64,000 nt of DNA from Basidiobolus meristosporus CBS 931.73. Lineage: Eukaryota; Fungi; Basidiobolomycota. Shown one piece after another: positions 12,881-26,630 of the stretch. The position numbers and the translations under genes were made by a program. Within the stretch, counting starts at the first letter, position 1, and each line of letters opens with the position of its first letter. The notes beneath the pieces were generated by a model that did not search any database, was not told the origin of the DNA, and worked only from the letters and a program-made list of their open reading frames with translations. The stretch spans positions 19,850-83,849 of the forward strand of contig MCFE01000384.1 in the NCBI GenBank assembly GCA_002104905.1, read 5' to 3'.

Positions 12881-14349
12881 ATGGCTAAGCGTAGAGTAAG
12901 TCCTTTTGTTTTATGTTGTGAATGTGTGGTTTCGTATTTACACACTCGATTTTAGAGAAAGAATAGAACTCATGTTCGCCCCACTGAAGCAGAAGATACT
13001 GGACCTAAACATCCTAAAAGTTTCGTCTTACGATCAGGGCCCGTCGGCAAGGCGGTCACCATTTTGTCAAGAGATTTGAGAAAGGTCATGGAGCCGAATA
13101 CCGCGACAAAATTAAAGGTTGGTTTAAATTTGGAACTGTGGTCTTCCTCTGGCAAATCTCCTAACCTTCACGTTATCTAGGAGCGGAAAAACAACAAACT
13201 CAAGGACTTTGTACATGTAGCTGGACAATTGGGCGTGACACACTATATGATTTTCTCACGTACCGATACCGGTACCAATCTTAGAATCGCTCGTAACCCT
13301 CGAGGTCCCACCTTGACTTTCCGTGTTCTCAAATATTCCTTGATCAAGGATGTGCTTCGTCTGCAAAAAACTCCCAAATCACCTGGCTCTGAATACCGCT
13401 CACCCCCTTTGGTAATTATAGTGAACGTCCTCTCTCCCTAAAACGTTTGGACTTACTGTTTTTCTATAGCTGGTTCTTAACAACTTCGGAGGTGATGCTA
13501 AGGAGACCAAACTTATGACTTCCATGTTCCAAAATCTTTTCCCTCCCATTAATGTCCAGAATGTGAGTGTTCCCTATCAAAAACACTCCTCTATAGACCG
13601 TACTAACGAAAACCATGACTCGTTAGATGCACCTGAATGACGCTCGCAGAGTAGTTCTTCTAAACTACAACAGCGAAACGGGAACCATCGATTTCAGACA
13701 TTACTGTATTGGGGTGAAGCCAATTGGTGTTACCAAAGGTGTAAAGAAGATTATTACTAGCGAGCTTCCCAGACTTGGTAAATTCGAGGATATCAGTGAA
13801 TATGTACTCAGAGAGGCCTTTGCTTCTGAGAGTGACGTCGAAGATGGTCCAGAATCCACCGTCACTTTGGCCCAAAACTACCACGGACGCAACAACAGAA
13901 AATCTGAGCAAAGAGCTATCCGCTTAACCGAACTGGGACCTCGTTTAGAGTTGAAACTGACCAAGATTCAAGAGGGATTATGCGAAGGGGCCGTGTTGTA
14001 TCACTCATTCATTCACAAGACTCCTGAGGAGATTAAGGCTCAAGAAAAGGCCAGACAAAAGAAGAAGCAAGAAGTCGCCCTCAGACGTAAACAACAAGAG
14101 ATCAACGTTGAAAAGAAGAAAGCGGCAGCTGAAGCTCACAAAGTTGCCTGCGGTGCTAGTACAAGTCAAGCTCCACAGGAAAACGATTCGGAATCGGAGG
14201 ATGATATTAAGGAACACTCGGGTGATGATGATGGTGAAGATGACGATGACGAAGAGCTATTTAATGATGAAGATGAAGAGGACGAGTTGGAAGCCTTTGA
14301 TGACGAGTCCGCAGATGAAGGCAACGACGAGGACACCGACGAAGAATGA
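12881..14349 (+). CDS. SSF1: Brix-domain ribosome biogenesis protein Ssf1/PPAN
   Basis: MAKRR exon; KLKDFVHVAGQLGVTH, PRGPTLTF, RAIRLTELGPRLELKLTKIQEG; acidic tail; several introns. Confidence 0.92.
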
Positions 14350-14469
14350 TATAGTTTGTAATCTCACGAAAATGAATAAAACACTAATTCATAGAAGTCT
14401 GGAATTTTTTGGTTTTCTAAAGCTTTATTCAAAGAATTTCAGGAATATAGCAAATTTAGGATAGAATAC

Positions 14470-15318
14470 TTAGTACTTGGCTTTATCTTGGGTCTTGCTC
14501 AAGTAGTCAGAGAACTCTTGGTAAGGTCCTTGAGAGAACTCAGTCTCAGCCCACAAATCAGGAGTCAAATAGGTGTAAGTACGGCTGATGGCAGCAAAGG
14601 TAGCCTTAACAAAGTTGCCCAAAGTACGAGTAGAACCACGAGCAGTGGTGTAGCAATCGGTGATACCGGCGAGTTGCAAGAGCTTCTTGGGGGTAGGGGC
14701 AGCAACAATACCGGTACCACGGGGAGCAGGAACAAGGCGAGTAACGGTAGAACCGCATTTACCAGTTACCTTGGAGGGAACGGTATGGGGCATACCAAGG
14801 GAAGAACCCCAGTAACCTCTACGGACAGGGATGATGCTAAGCTTGGCAAGAACGATGGCACCACGGATGGCAGTAGCGACTTCCTTAGCGCACTTAACAC
14901 CAAGACCAACATGACCATTAGAGTCACCGATGATAACAAAGGCCTTGAAACGGGTTCTTTGTCCAGCAGTGGTTTGCTTCTGAACAGGCATGATCTTAAT
15001 GACCTCATCCTTCAAAGTAGGGAGGAAGTAATCGATGATTTGATACTCCTTGACGGGAAGGGAGAAGAGATAGATTTGTTCCATGGACTTGATCTTGCCA
15101 TCCTTCACGAGACGACCAAGCTTGGTAACAGGAACCCATTGAGCTTCTTCATCTTTGCGTCCACCACGACGTCCACGTCCGCGGCCGCCACGACCACGAC
15201 CACCACGTCCAAATCCACCGCGTCCTGATTAGCCGGGGTTAGAAGGTGCTCACAAGCCTAAGCAGAAGAAATATTTCAACATACCACCGCGACTATCGGC
15301 CGGTGCAGAGTCAGCCAT
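14470..15318 (-). CDS. RPS2: 40S ribosomal protein S2 (uS5)
   Basis: RGG-rich N-terminus, [26 protein letters not shown]; one intron near 15285-15225. Confidence 0.97.
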
Positions 15319-15914
15319 TTGCTAGTGAACATTTCGTAAATGTTAACCTTCGTCGTATTAATGGATGAACCATATCAAGAGTATGGATGATGTACTTACA
15401 TAATCTGACTAAAATAAAAATAGGGAGAAGGGTTTTCGCAATCTCGTTAAAACATTTTTAAATCCAGGGCTCGGTCTTTGATAGCCAATCATGCTTACAC
15501 GATTATGCATAAAAACTTGGCAACTACTAAACCGGCTTAAGTCTTGTCATATCCTCAACCAACACCAACTGCCACATGGCTGGTGCTTAAGGTTTGCCGT
15601 TTCCCACCGCTGGTTTTATATTGAAGGTGAGAATGCCCGATAACACAAGATGTTCTCCAGCACTGTCCCATAACACTAACTGATAACACAAGATGGGTTG
15701 ATAAACATAACTGAGACAATCTTCTCCAATTAGGCAACTCAGATGAGATGCCAACAATCCCACTATATATAAAGCCAGTCAGCCTGAATCAGTAGGGAAT
15801 CTCCTTATTGATCATACTCGACACATTTCCCTGTGGATCTCATGGCTACTCCAAGCCTTGACTAATAGGCAACTGTAACCTCTACCTCTTAGCTAATTCA
15901 ATCCTCTCATCGCC

Positions 15915-16823
15915 ATGGCTATCCCTAACTCCGCTATTCAGCACTCGTTTCCTGGCTCCTTATGCACCAAGCCAAATAATAGATTACTTTCTGAGTCCAC
16001 ATTGCCCCCTCTTCCGCGCATGGCCAAAATTGAAATCCACTCCAATGACAACCTATGTGTGCCACACATGCCCCTACCAAAAGCTTCTCCACCCAGCGGA
16101 ATGGCATCCACAACAAAGAAGCTCCCATTTATAGACGTATTCCGGAAAATCCTCAAGTCGACTGATGGCCGTGATAAGTTCATGAAGTTAATGCAATATG
16201 CGCTTAAAATCATCCTTCTTACATATTTTCGGCGATCCGACCGTCACCCAAGCCTCCGAAAGCAAGCATCCGTGTTGTCCAGTTCATTCTCAAACACTAG
16301 AAAGATACTACGATTGGGGAATTGCGTAGAGCCATACCACAAATTAAAAACGGAGTGTGGGAAGTTGTCTCAGCTCAAGAATTATGACACAAATCAAATG
16401 TACTTGTATATCCGTGTTATGTTCAAGACAACAGTGAGTCTGATAAACACATTATCCGACGATTTGTTTTGTCTCTCTAAACTTGGCGTGCTCTCGCCCA
16501 GTATTGGCCAGCGAACGGGAAGATTATCGCTACGCCTGTGGATGATAAACATTGTGCTGGACTCCCAAGACAGCATAGAGGAGGTATGCAGACTGCTCAG
16601 CTCTCTCAAGAGCAATACCATCGAATTGGGAAAAGAGAAATCAACCGAGCAGCTGTTCTGGGCTTGCCTTAATGTGCTGAAGCTACTTTGTGACGGGCTG
16701 TTCTGTGGCTACGATATTCTCGAATGTAAATTCTCTCCGTTGTTCCAGGCTAGTGTCAGTTTCATATCAGGGGTGATCAGTACCTACAAATTGTGGTTTA
16801 GAACGGCCACTGTACGGATGTGA
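15915..16823 (+). CDS. PEX11: Pex11-family peroxisomal membrane protein
   Basis: STDGRDKFMKLMQYALK, FSNTRKILRLG, DDLFCLSKLG and a hydrophobic C-terminal helix; intronless 302 aa. Confidence 0.8.
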   Translation: MAIPNSAIQHSFPGSLCTKPNNRLLSESTLPPLPRMAKIEIHSNDNLCVPHMPLPKASPPSGMASTTKKLPFIDVFRKILKSTDGRDKFMKLMQYALKIILLTYFRRSDRHPSLRKQASVLSSSFSNTRKILRLGNCVEPYHKLKTECGKLSQLKNYDTNQMYLYIRVMFKTTVSLINTLSDDLFCLSKLGVLSPSIGQRTGRLSLRLWMINIVLDSQDSIEEVCRLLSSLKSNTIELGKEKSTEQLFWACLNVLKLLCDGLFCGYDILECKFSPLFQASVSFISGVISTYKLWFRTATVRM

Positions 16824-17376
16824 GGAAGCCTTGTGTTGTTCTCCAGGGTGCTCTCGCTCTGTATTATATTTGGAATCCAAATAAACTTTGATTTGAAAGC
16901 CTCAATTAGTGTTAGCTAGCAGAAAACCTCAGCATGAATCGAGGTTGCGTGTAATTAGTGATATGCAGATGATGTAGTCAAGGTTCCTGCATCCTACTGA
17001 TATGATCGAATTCCAAGTTGAATCATCAAATACATGAATACTTGGCCAACTGGAAATCAAGTTGCTCATTCAAAATAAGCTGGGTACTGAATCCCGGGCG
17101 ATAATAAGCATTTACGGTTGCTGATTTTGGAGTGGTCCTATAAATACTAGGTTAATTAGAATTGTTTTGATTTAGAGTAATCCAATTTCTCACTAAGCTC
17201 CTTACCCTCCTTTGTTTTGGAAGATTCTTTGGCGAAGTTCCTATACTATATTCTGAGAACCCCCCACTCTTTACCTCTCATACTTGTTGACTGTAAGGCT
17301 TGAATCAGTGTCTGAGACATCCCTCGTGTTTACAGTTTGCTTTCACAACAATTAGGAGATTGTTACATATTGTATA

Positions 17377-19545
17377 ATGAGCGAATCTGACAGCTCGGTT
17401 AATGTTGAATCTTCAAGCTTTATACAGCGATTGGATCATAAAATTAAGGCCTACCGTCAGGAACTTCAGGCTGTCAAGGAATATCACCAAAATCAGAAAG
17501 AATCTGTCAGCGACAGAGAAAGTGATATACCTGAAGGTAAGCTTTAACCGACGGCAATTATACGTTAATTCCACAGGATCTAAACTTTGTCTTTTTTAGT
17601 CTCTCGCGCTTCACCCAGTACTTTGCTCGAAAGCTTTGAAAGACTGACTTTGAATGAACATCCCATGAATCCTTCCGAGGTGATCTCGAATGCGGATCGT
17701 TCCTCGAGTATCGACATCGTCGCTCCATCACCTGGCAAGAATCCCTCCTCGGGTGGGGCTAATTTATCGCTAGATGATGATCATGAATCATCTGTGGAAT
17801 CCGGTGATCACGAAGATATTGATCCGATATATCTTCAGCCTTGTAATGAGTATACCGAACAGTACGACAATCAAGATGAAGAAAGTACCCCCGACGATAG
17901 TGATAGTCTATGCAACTCCATCCAATATTCTGAGCATACGCATATTCTGGATGTTGAGCCACCCACATTTTCGATTTATGGCGATGAGAGCGTTTACGAT
18001 GCGCCAATTTCTCATCATGGTATAGCCCGAAGAAGATCCAAGAGTCTTTACCAAGGCCAGCCACTTAAAAGCTTTGATGAATCAGGGACTGGGGTAAAGA
18101 GGTTTGAAGGCACTATATATGAGGATGATTACCTAGATAGAAGCTATATGTCAGCACCGCCAGAAATGCACGGGTATCCTAGAAACAACTTCTATATGAG
18201 CGATGAGTATGGTGTCAGGCAATATCAGAGCCCCTTTGTGGAACGAGAAACGAAAGGCTCTGGGCTTTATCAGGATGAATTCGATACGATTGCTTCTCGG
18301 CGCTCTCCCAGTCCCCGTAGCCTTAGGACTGGAGTCACCGATCATCGTTACCGCGACCACCTAACTAGGAGCACCCATTATAATGTATCGAATGGATCAA
18401 GCTACGATGATCTCTCGTTGCTTCGATCTCGTTCTCCGCGCATTGATCGAGAGAGGTTAGATACTGATTTGAACAAACCCTATCGTAGCAGAACTAGTCA
18501 GAGGGAAAGCGAGCCATTCCAATATGATAGAGATTTATCTACACAATCGTACGCATTTAGAGATGATGTCTCATCAAGGGAAGGCTCCATTGAAACCCCT
18601 ACGCGTTACTCAGCACGCAACGACGAACATGCACGATCGCAAGTGAATTCACCATCACCCAGCTCACCAAACTTACGGCATCAATCAAATCGTTCGTTGC
18701 TCGACCGATATGACAACGACGCACTTCGACGATCGCGTTCTAACGTATACGACTCAATATCCAATTCGACTTACTCTCCAGTGCGTTCTCCTCGCAACAG
18801 TAGATACCATATCTTTCCAAGGCTGACTGACAGCAGAAGAGAGTCGCATGCACCATTATCTAGCGCTGGTTCGCTTCAGGCCACTCGTAGTTTGGTTTCA
18901 GATAGGCATAGAAAAAATCGGTACACCATCTCTAACATAGGTGATTTGCGCAATGACTTTCGAGACAACCGAAGTGAGAGTCGTTCCTCGCATTTATTAG
19001 ATCCTTCGGACACTACATCGGACCTCCCTCCTCGGAAGCTGAATGAAGTCAAGTTCGAAATCTTCCGAGCGGTTCATCGAGTGAAAATGGCACTCGAGTC
19101 GTTGGCTGAAGATAACCGAGCCTATCCTATTCTTTCGGAGATTCAAGGAATTCAGGATTTAAATGAACAAGCGTTGCAGACGATGATCGAGCAATTTGAG
19201 TGTATACATGAGATGCTGGGAGAAGGTGATGGATCAGTTGGACCTCGAAGGCCTATATCTCCACTCTCCGATGAATCATATGGACGGTTGATATCCAAAG
19301 AGATCATACACGGTTCATCGGATGACATTGGTTCCAGATATGCGAGATCGGAAATATCATCACCACATTTGTATAACCGTCGTCTTGGCCAGAGCTCGAG
19401 ACTCGATCGCAACTCATTCAATGAACCACCACTTTCGCCTAGCCCGTCGTCAAGGATTTCAAGATGGCAGAATTCGGTAGACGACTCTAAGACTTCAGGT
19501 TCATTTGCAAGTAGACTTAGAGGTGCTTCTACCTTTGAAGCATAG
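17377..19545 (+). CDS. Uncharacterised Ser/Arg/Asp-rich protein, about 700 aa
   Basis: Exon 1 17377-17536 (MSESDSS...RLDHKIKAYRQEL) and a GTAAGC..TTTTAG intron 17537-17599 join in phase with the 652-codon ORF. Confidence 0.75.
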
Positions 19546-19978
19546 TTGAGAGTCCGCATTGTTCGCCTCGATCTATAGGTATACGCATGTTTGTATTTCA
19601 GTACACCTGATGGAACGATTGGTATCTCTCCAAAGATTCGCTGATGTAAATATTTTTTGTTTATGTATTTCGTTTCGTATTGTATTTAAGGTTGAATCTC
19701 AATTGTTCTTTTTCCTCAACTATTCGCCTGCCTGAGCCACTTATTTAGTTATCCTCAATGTAAATACTGTCTCCTAGAGTCAAGATAAACTTCGAAATAT
19801 CGTATCTCAAAAATATCCATTTACCACCCAAGATTTCATGGTGAATGTACGATTTGTATTTACGATCCACAAGAAAAAAATCGCAATTTTCGAGCAGTCG
19901 CATCATTGTGATAAAGATTCTCCTAGTAATAATCTGGTCTAAGGTTATCATCTCTATTACTGAGTAGCAGTGCTCGAC

Positions 19979-21723
19979 ATGTCAATTAGTACTAGACAAA
20001 TTCTCTCTCGCACCTCGAAAGTGACCCTTCTTCGTCGATATACGACCAACGCTGTGACTCCTGCAGGGGCTAAGCTATATGGCTGGGGTCATGGCTTGTC
20101 AGCATTTGTTCAAGAAAATCCTAGCGAGGATGGTTTACCACCAGTTTCAACACCGAAGTCAATCGATCTTTGCAAGCTGGCATTTGGCACTCATGGCTTC
20201 AGTGAAGAATTCCTGGAGGTAGAGCTGATGTTATTATAAGCTCCTGTTGAAAACCTCTTACCAAAGTACTCCTCCACATGTAGCCAAAAATAACCAACCT
20301 TGCCTCCGGAACCCACCATTCACTTGTCTCCTTTGAAAGTGACGTGCTGGGAAACCGTATTGCTGCGGTTGGCTTGAATACTAGCGGTCAACTAGGTAGT
20401 GTATCCTCTTGTTTACATGGTATATGTGGGGTTGGCTAATCCAAGGTGCAGGTATTGGCTCCACGAAACGGACTTCTGGTTCCGGTTTGGTGATGAACAT
20501 TCCAAGCGAAGGTGTTATCAACTCTTTAGCTTGCGGTCGTGAGCATAGCCTGGTGGCTGTGGACTTTGGTGGTACGTATATAGACCATGTCTTGACTCGC
20601 TTGCCCTAATGATAGAATCCTAGACAAGAGTGAGGTGTTCTCTTTCGGTAGCAGTATGTATGGGCAGATTGGGATTGGGAAGAGCAAACACGACTATGAT
20701 GATGGCACTCTGGTTTGCTTGCGCACTCCCAAGCGCGTACCAAAATTCTTGAGCAAACAAGACAAAGTGAAGCAGGTTGTTTGCGGAATGGACCACTCTG
20801 TAATACTCACAGGTGAACACAAGTGATAATCTGTGCCCGTGACAATACTAAACGGATCATTAAAATAGAACAAGGCCAACTTTATTCAATGGGATGGGGT
20901 GCCGATGGTCAACTTGGCCTAGGTGAAGGCTCCACATCAGATCATTCGACGCCCTCTAAAATTGCGAAATTGGACGGAGAGTCGTTCAAGAAAATATCCG
21001 CCTCCACAGATTTCACCATCGCATTAAATGGTTAGCATACTATACCGATTGGACGAAACTACCAGCGTGAGCTAACCTGTAGTGTAGAGCAAGGGAAAAT
21101 GTATACTTGGGGTAACTCGGAATATGGCCAGTGCATGTTGGGAAGTAAGATCGACAGAGTGAGTACCAGTTGGAGGGTATCTAGTAATGCATATATTGAA
21201 TATTTCTTCATAACAGGTGCTAGAACCGATGCCAGTACCTGTAGATGATAAGGTCGTCGACGTCGCTGCCGGTGGCTCATTTGCACTCTACCTAACAGGT
21301 AAGTACTGTCCTCCCTGGCTAGTGACATGTATCTCATGTCTCATATCATTTCCCAGATGCCGGTAAGGTGTACATTACAGGGTACGGTGGTTTGGGACTA
21401 GGCGAAGGAAAGATAGAAACATTGAAACCAGCTTTGGTAGAACAACTACCAAACATCAGCAAAATCTTCGCCACCACCCATTACTGCAGCGCCATTTCAG
21501 GTAAATGCAACATTGGCAGGGTAATAGGGGCTCTATATTAATACATTTTGCTGTAGACTCGGGTGAACTCTTTATTTGGGGGTTAAACTCCTCCGCAAGC
21601 AGACTCGGAACTGGCCATTCCGAGCACCTTTTCACGCCAAAGAGGGTGGAGTTCCCGAAGAATGTATTCGTTGAAAACCTAAGTTTGGGGGTTGATCATG
21701 CTTTTGCGTTATGCAAGGAATAG
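19979..21723 (+). CDS. RCC1-repeat protein, RCC1L/WBSCR16-like (mitochondrial)
   Basis: Presequence-like N-terminus; RCC1 blades FSFGSSMYGQIG, YSMGWGADGQLGLG, TWGNSEYGQC, FIWGLN..LGTG; many short introns. Confidence 0.85.
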
Positions 21724-22083
21724 GTTTTTTTGGATTATGCGAGCATTCCAGTTTGCTTTGTACAGGCTCACACGACACTTTGCATCCTAGCATTCGTCAT
21801 ACAAGCATTCGCCACTACGTGATGTGGTAACTTTTATTCTGATCCATGCTAAATGTGGAACCCAGAAATAAACTACGATTATACACCACATTAGGTAGGG
21901 TGCACCATCCCCTTGATATTCACATGCTGGCGTGTTTGGGAGCCAAGAAGGAGGAACGGGCGGTCAAGAAGATTACAAAGGGATGAATGGCCTCATTTGT
22001 GTGAAGTCGTTTGAATTCTTTCGAAATACTTTTTTGTGCCAGTGAAGTCCTGCTCTTCGTATTCTAGGGGAAATACAGACCGA

Positions 22084-22536
22084 TTACGAAATTGATGGAG
22101 GACGGTCATGAACCAAAGTGAACTTACCAGTTGGAACTTTATCGGTGCTTATCTCTTTATAGCCGGGCTTGTCTTCTGGCACTTCAATATCGAACGTTGG
22201 CCCAAGCCATAGAGGCAACGAATCTTCATCATAATCATCATCATCTTGTGAAGCATCGGCAACCTCAGGAAATGAAGGCAGCGTTTCGGAGGAGAGTTCG
22301 TGGTTTGTGAGGTTCTTTTGTTCGGACGGCACAGGATATGTCCACAGACCCACACACTCCTCCGTCTCTTCAGGGTAATAACTGTCAACCAAGTCATCTA
22401 TGCTATCTGTGGGGCGTCCTACACATTCAGTTTCCTCCTGCGAAACATTTGGCGCTTGGTTGATCTCAAACTGGGAAAACCCGCCTCCCCACAGGCCAAG
22501 TGGAAGCTCTTCGTATTCTTCTGGGTCGCTGTCCAT
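22084..22536 (-). CDS. Hypothetical acidic disordered protein (about 150 aa)
   Basis: Open frame from MDSDPEEYEEL with internal repeats EETECVG/EETEECVG; no family recognised. Confidence 0.45.
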   Translation of the reverse strand: MDSDPEEYEELPLGLWGGGFSQFEINQAPNVSQEETECVGRPTDSIDDLVDSYYPEETEECVGLWTYPVPSEQKNLTNHELSSETLPSFPEVADASQDDDDYDEDSLPLWLGPTFDIEVPEDKPGYKEISTDKVPTGKFTLVHDRPPSIS

Positions 22537-23826
22537 AGGGATGATGACTAAGCACGTAGTTGGAAGCAAGCCAGCACCCAAGGGAAAATTCGGATTTCAT
22601 GATATCACCAATCAAGAAATATTCGAGTATGGCGACTTGATACGGGTTAATATTGGTTAACAGGGGAAAATGAAGGGCTTGCAACCATCACCACAATATA
22701 GATTAGATGCAAATAGAAAGAGGTAGATTGAAAATAGAATGCCAGACAATATAAATTAGACTGAGTTCTGGGGTTGGGTGATTGGAGTGAGTGCCGGCCA
22801 GCCTGTAATAAATATCCACGTCTGATCCACACATGATCCCGCTGCTGTAACAGGGAGCCAGCTGCCATGAGAACGTATCAATTTGCCGATCGATTTTAAG
22901 GTTTTACAGCAGAGAAGATCTCAGATTAATGGACGCGCAACCCATGCATGTTAAAGTTACAAGAACGGCCGGCTTGGCGACGAGCATTGGTTTGAGATGG
23001 GCCTTGCTCGTGTAGAGGTGATTCATTGTTTTAGAGATTGGAGTATCTCGATCAGATGTAGTTAATAAGTGGCGCTGAGTGGTTATTAAGTCTTGGTGCT
23101 ATAAATGGTAACATGGAATGCGCCTAGCTGGTCACATTTGAAGTATCTACAAGTGCGGAAGTTCATTTGTGAGTCATCCAGAGCTACCGACAGCAGTGTT
23201 CAGACCAAAGTCATATGGGTGATACCGAAGTGATACTCAATGGATATTTAACCCTATTAGTCAGTCAAGTGAAGATCTAAATAAACTAACGGTCGGGGTT
23301 GTGATGCGAAGATGTTTGGGTTTTGGATACCTGGATTAATTGGTACCACCCAGCAAGCGCTCTTTAATTGGAAGCAAGCAATGACACAAATGCTGTGACT
23401 GAATGTTGGTGGAATGGATGAGTTAGAGCCTAATCAATAGACACAGGTTAAGTTGGGCCTACTGGGTGTTAGATACTCACCCTATCGCATCATTTTCATC
23501 TGATTTGCGATTCATCGCCTAGATACGCTGCCATTTTCACTCAAGTGACTTGCAACTTGCGAGCCGATTTCTTTCTTTCTCTTCTTTCCGTAGTTGTATC
23601 CACTTTGATCCCGTTTTTCGGTTTCGGTTTCGTTGGCTTTTGACGTAAAACAACGTGTCTGGCAATAGTCCCACTTTATCCCTCATTGTTAGACACTCCC
23701 TTTCGGGCCTGTGCGGTAGACTTGGAAGTGAATCTCGAACGATCCGGACATTTAGGTTCTCACTTAAGCTAATATCAAAGACTCTCCCTCCTTTCTGGTC
23801 CAGCTGCTACAGGGCATTATTTTGAT

Positions 23827-25794
23827 ATGCAACCTTCGGCTCCGTACGGAGGCTTTCACCCTCAACAGTTTCAGGGAATGGACTCACGGTAATTTACCAC
23901 TAACTGCTCAACTCTTCTACTCTCTGGGGGTACGCTTCGGCTGCAACTGATTGATTCAAATGTAGGCAATCTTTACCGCAGTACAAGCAAGAGCCCATGT
24001 TCCCCGAGACTCATTCCCACCAGTTGCTAGCCCACCAAAATATCATGAATCATCACCATTTGCCCAGTGTTACTTCTAGCCACTTCCTTCCTCATGGCCA
24101 ACAAATGCCACAATTTAGCTCTCACCACACCACACATAGTCACCACAACGACATGCCTGCTCCGCATCAGATGCAGACCCACCATTACCAGCACCAAGGG
24201 CCGCTGGAAACCCCCCAGCAAAACAACGAAACTCACTTCGGCCTCAACTCCAACGTTTCAGTGACTCCGCCTGCAAGCGGGTCCATACCCACCAATCCTA
24301 ATTCGTAAGTTCCCGCGTTCGACAAGGATATCTCAGCATCGACCTTTTCTTTAACCATCCGTTCCCCAGTAACCTGCGGTTTGACGTGGTCTTGGATGCA
24401 CAAACGGCTGCTGCGCAGCGCTTGGACGAAAGCCCTCTAACGTATCTGAACAAAGGTGAACCTCCGAGTCTCGTCATATTTGTTGACCGGCTTATTAACG
24501 GCTAGAAACAATTCACCAGGCCAATACTATGCTATCTCTTCGAACGACCAAGAACGGGATGATATCGAGTTGACCAGCACTCTGAGGGTGATGTTCCACG
24601 ACGATGCCCATCGAAAGCTAGGAAATACGTATTGGCAGTTCTGGCTTTCGCAGCAAACGAACCCAAAGACCGCCCGCGCTCTAGATATCGGTATTCATCT
24701 GAGGCGCTATATGCTCTGCTCACTGTCGATCTTTCTTGACAACCCCTCCTTCTCCCACTCTAGATAAGGCTGCCTCAACCGGCATAAAAAACGTGGAATC
24801 GAAATCCTTGGACAGAGTGAGCTTTCAATGGAACGGAAGGAAAGGTGCCAAGATATACATCAAGTTCAATTGCCTGTCCACCGATTTCTCTAGAATCAAG
24901 GGGGTCAAGGGGATTCCCTTGAGAATACGGATGGAGACCACCTCTGAAATGGACCCTTCCATCCACGAAAAATCCTTTGCGAAGATAAAACTGTTTAGAG
25001 ACAAGGTAATTTAGGGCCGGGCGCACGCCACGGTGAGACAGTAGCATTAATTAATCTTCACTTCCAGGGCGCCGAGCGGAAAAACAAGGACGATCAGCGC
25101 CATTTAGAGAAGATCTGGGAGAAGATGCGTGGTTCGTATGGTCTCTACCGAGACCCAACTCGCGATCCTTGTGACTAATGTGAACCCAATTCCTTAGGCA
25201 AGCAGCAAGACTCCAACCCCTTGCTGATGATGTTCGCCCAGGCCAACCCCGTGACATCGTTCATCGAGTGGTCCAGCAACGACGTCACCGATACGGAAGA
25301 AGATCCCAACAATATCGACCTGAACAATATTGACCAGGAGAGCGCGGAGCTCGACCCCGCGGTTTTGGCAGCGACCAAAAAAAGGAAACTGGAGACGCTG
25401 GGACATGACCTGGACCTTTTGGAACTGGACCCGACCTATGTTCCTAACCGAAAGAAGCGAGCAGGTAAGCATCGAGGACACTCTGAGATCCTGTTCGAGC
25501 TGGGCTAATCATTCCCAAGTGTTGTCATTGTTCATAAGGCTTGCTGGGGAGAATGTGTACCGTGCGGTTTATCTAGAGAGGCTCACCGTTCAGGACATGA
25601 TCCAAAAATTTGCCGAGAAGTTGAATATTCCACCCCAGGATGTTGCCAGCATCATCCGTATCACCAAAAAAGGGTTCCAGGTGCGGATTGACGACTCGGT
25701 CGTCTCGCAGCTTGAGGACGAGCAGGACATGGAGTTGGACTACGATTTTGCCAACGATGGAACCGGCAGTTTCAACATTGTGTTGAGGTTTTGA
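23827..25794 (+). CDS. CP2/grainyhead-family transcription factor
   Basis: His/Gln-rich N-terminus; PLTYLNKG|QYY, FNCLSTDFSRIKGVKGIPLR, KIKLFRDK|GAERK; C-terminal VYRAVYLERLTV..KFAEKL; multi-exon. Confidence 0.92.
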
Positions 25795-26630
25795 GGATTC
25801 GAGGATTCGAGGGTTTCGTGACCTTTTGGTGATTTGCTTATAGAAGCAGAGTGACACTCCATGTAGCCAAATATTACATATTACATAACTTAATTATATC
25901 CTTGTAAAAACTTAGCCATACCCACCAGTTCTTGCTGCTTGATATATTTCTGGATGTTTTGCTCCGTCCACCATTCAGTAGATATTTACCTTTCGAGATG
26001 GCTGGTACTAATTATTCCTATCTCAATGTGAGACTTTACTCGCTCCGTTGAACATTAATTAAACTGCGAACCTGTTTAACCACCCAGCTTGCACAGTATG
26101 TTGACCACCAGCTTGCACATGTGACTTCACCTATCGGTTCGCGGAGGACGTGGATGTGTTCGCACGCTCCACCTCGCCATATATACGCTGGCCCCCACGA
26201 CTTCCAATAAGTTGACAAGCACGGCTTAGCCTTTTTCGGAAGGAGCGCCGTTCGATCAGCTCCACTGAACATTATGACGCATCAGCGTTTATGCGAGATT
26301 TCCCAGCAATGAGCCACCTAAACTCAGCAAATAACAATCTTGCCTGGGATTAATAATATGCATTGGTGATGGTGCATCTTACATGGCAATCACTTTTCGA
26401 TAGTATTGACCGGACGTCAGTGATTAACAAAAGCCTGACATGGATGACGCCATCATCCGGACTACCTTCCACCATGCTAGATTCATCACCCTCCTGCCAT
26501 GACTAATACCGCAGTCGGCAGCGATTACCATAATTGGGGTCGGCCTAAATTCAACATGATGTCGTATCCTTGGCATATGCGTATAAATATTGGTGTTTGG
26601 TAGCCGCTAGAGGCACCATTGTAAACTGAA

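Noticed and set aside
14488-15228. 246-aa antisense ORF over RPS2 (likewise the 338-aa antisense ORF over IPP1, 33625-34641)
   Set aside because: Typical antisense shadow of strongly codon-biased genes; no recognisable protein.
20395-20450. Possible U12-type intron (GTATCCT) in the RCC1-like gene
   Set aside because: The reading frame requires the donor at GTAGTG upstream; an ordinary GT-AG intron explains it.
22905-22950. U6-like word CAGAGAAGAT
   Set aside because: Only about 10 nt match; the flanking U6 sequence and terminal T-run are absent.
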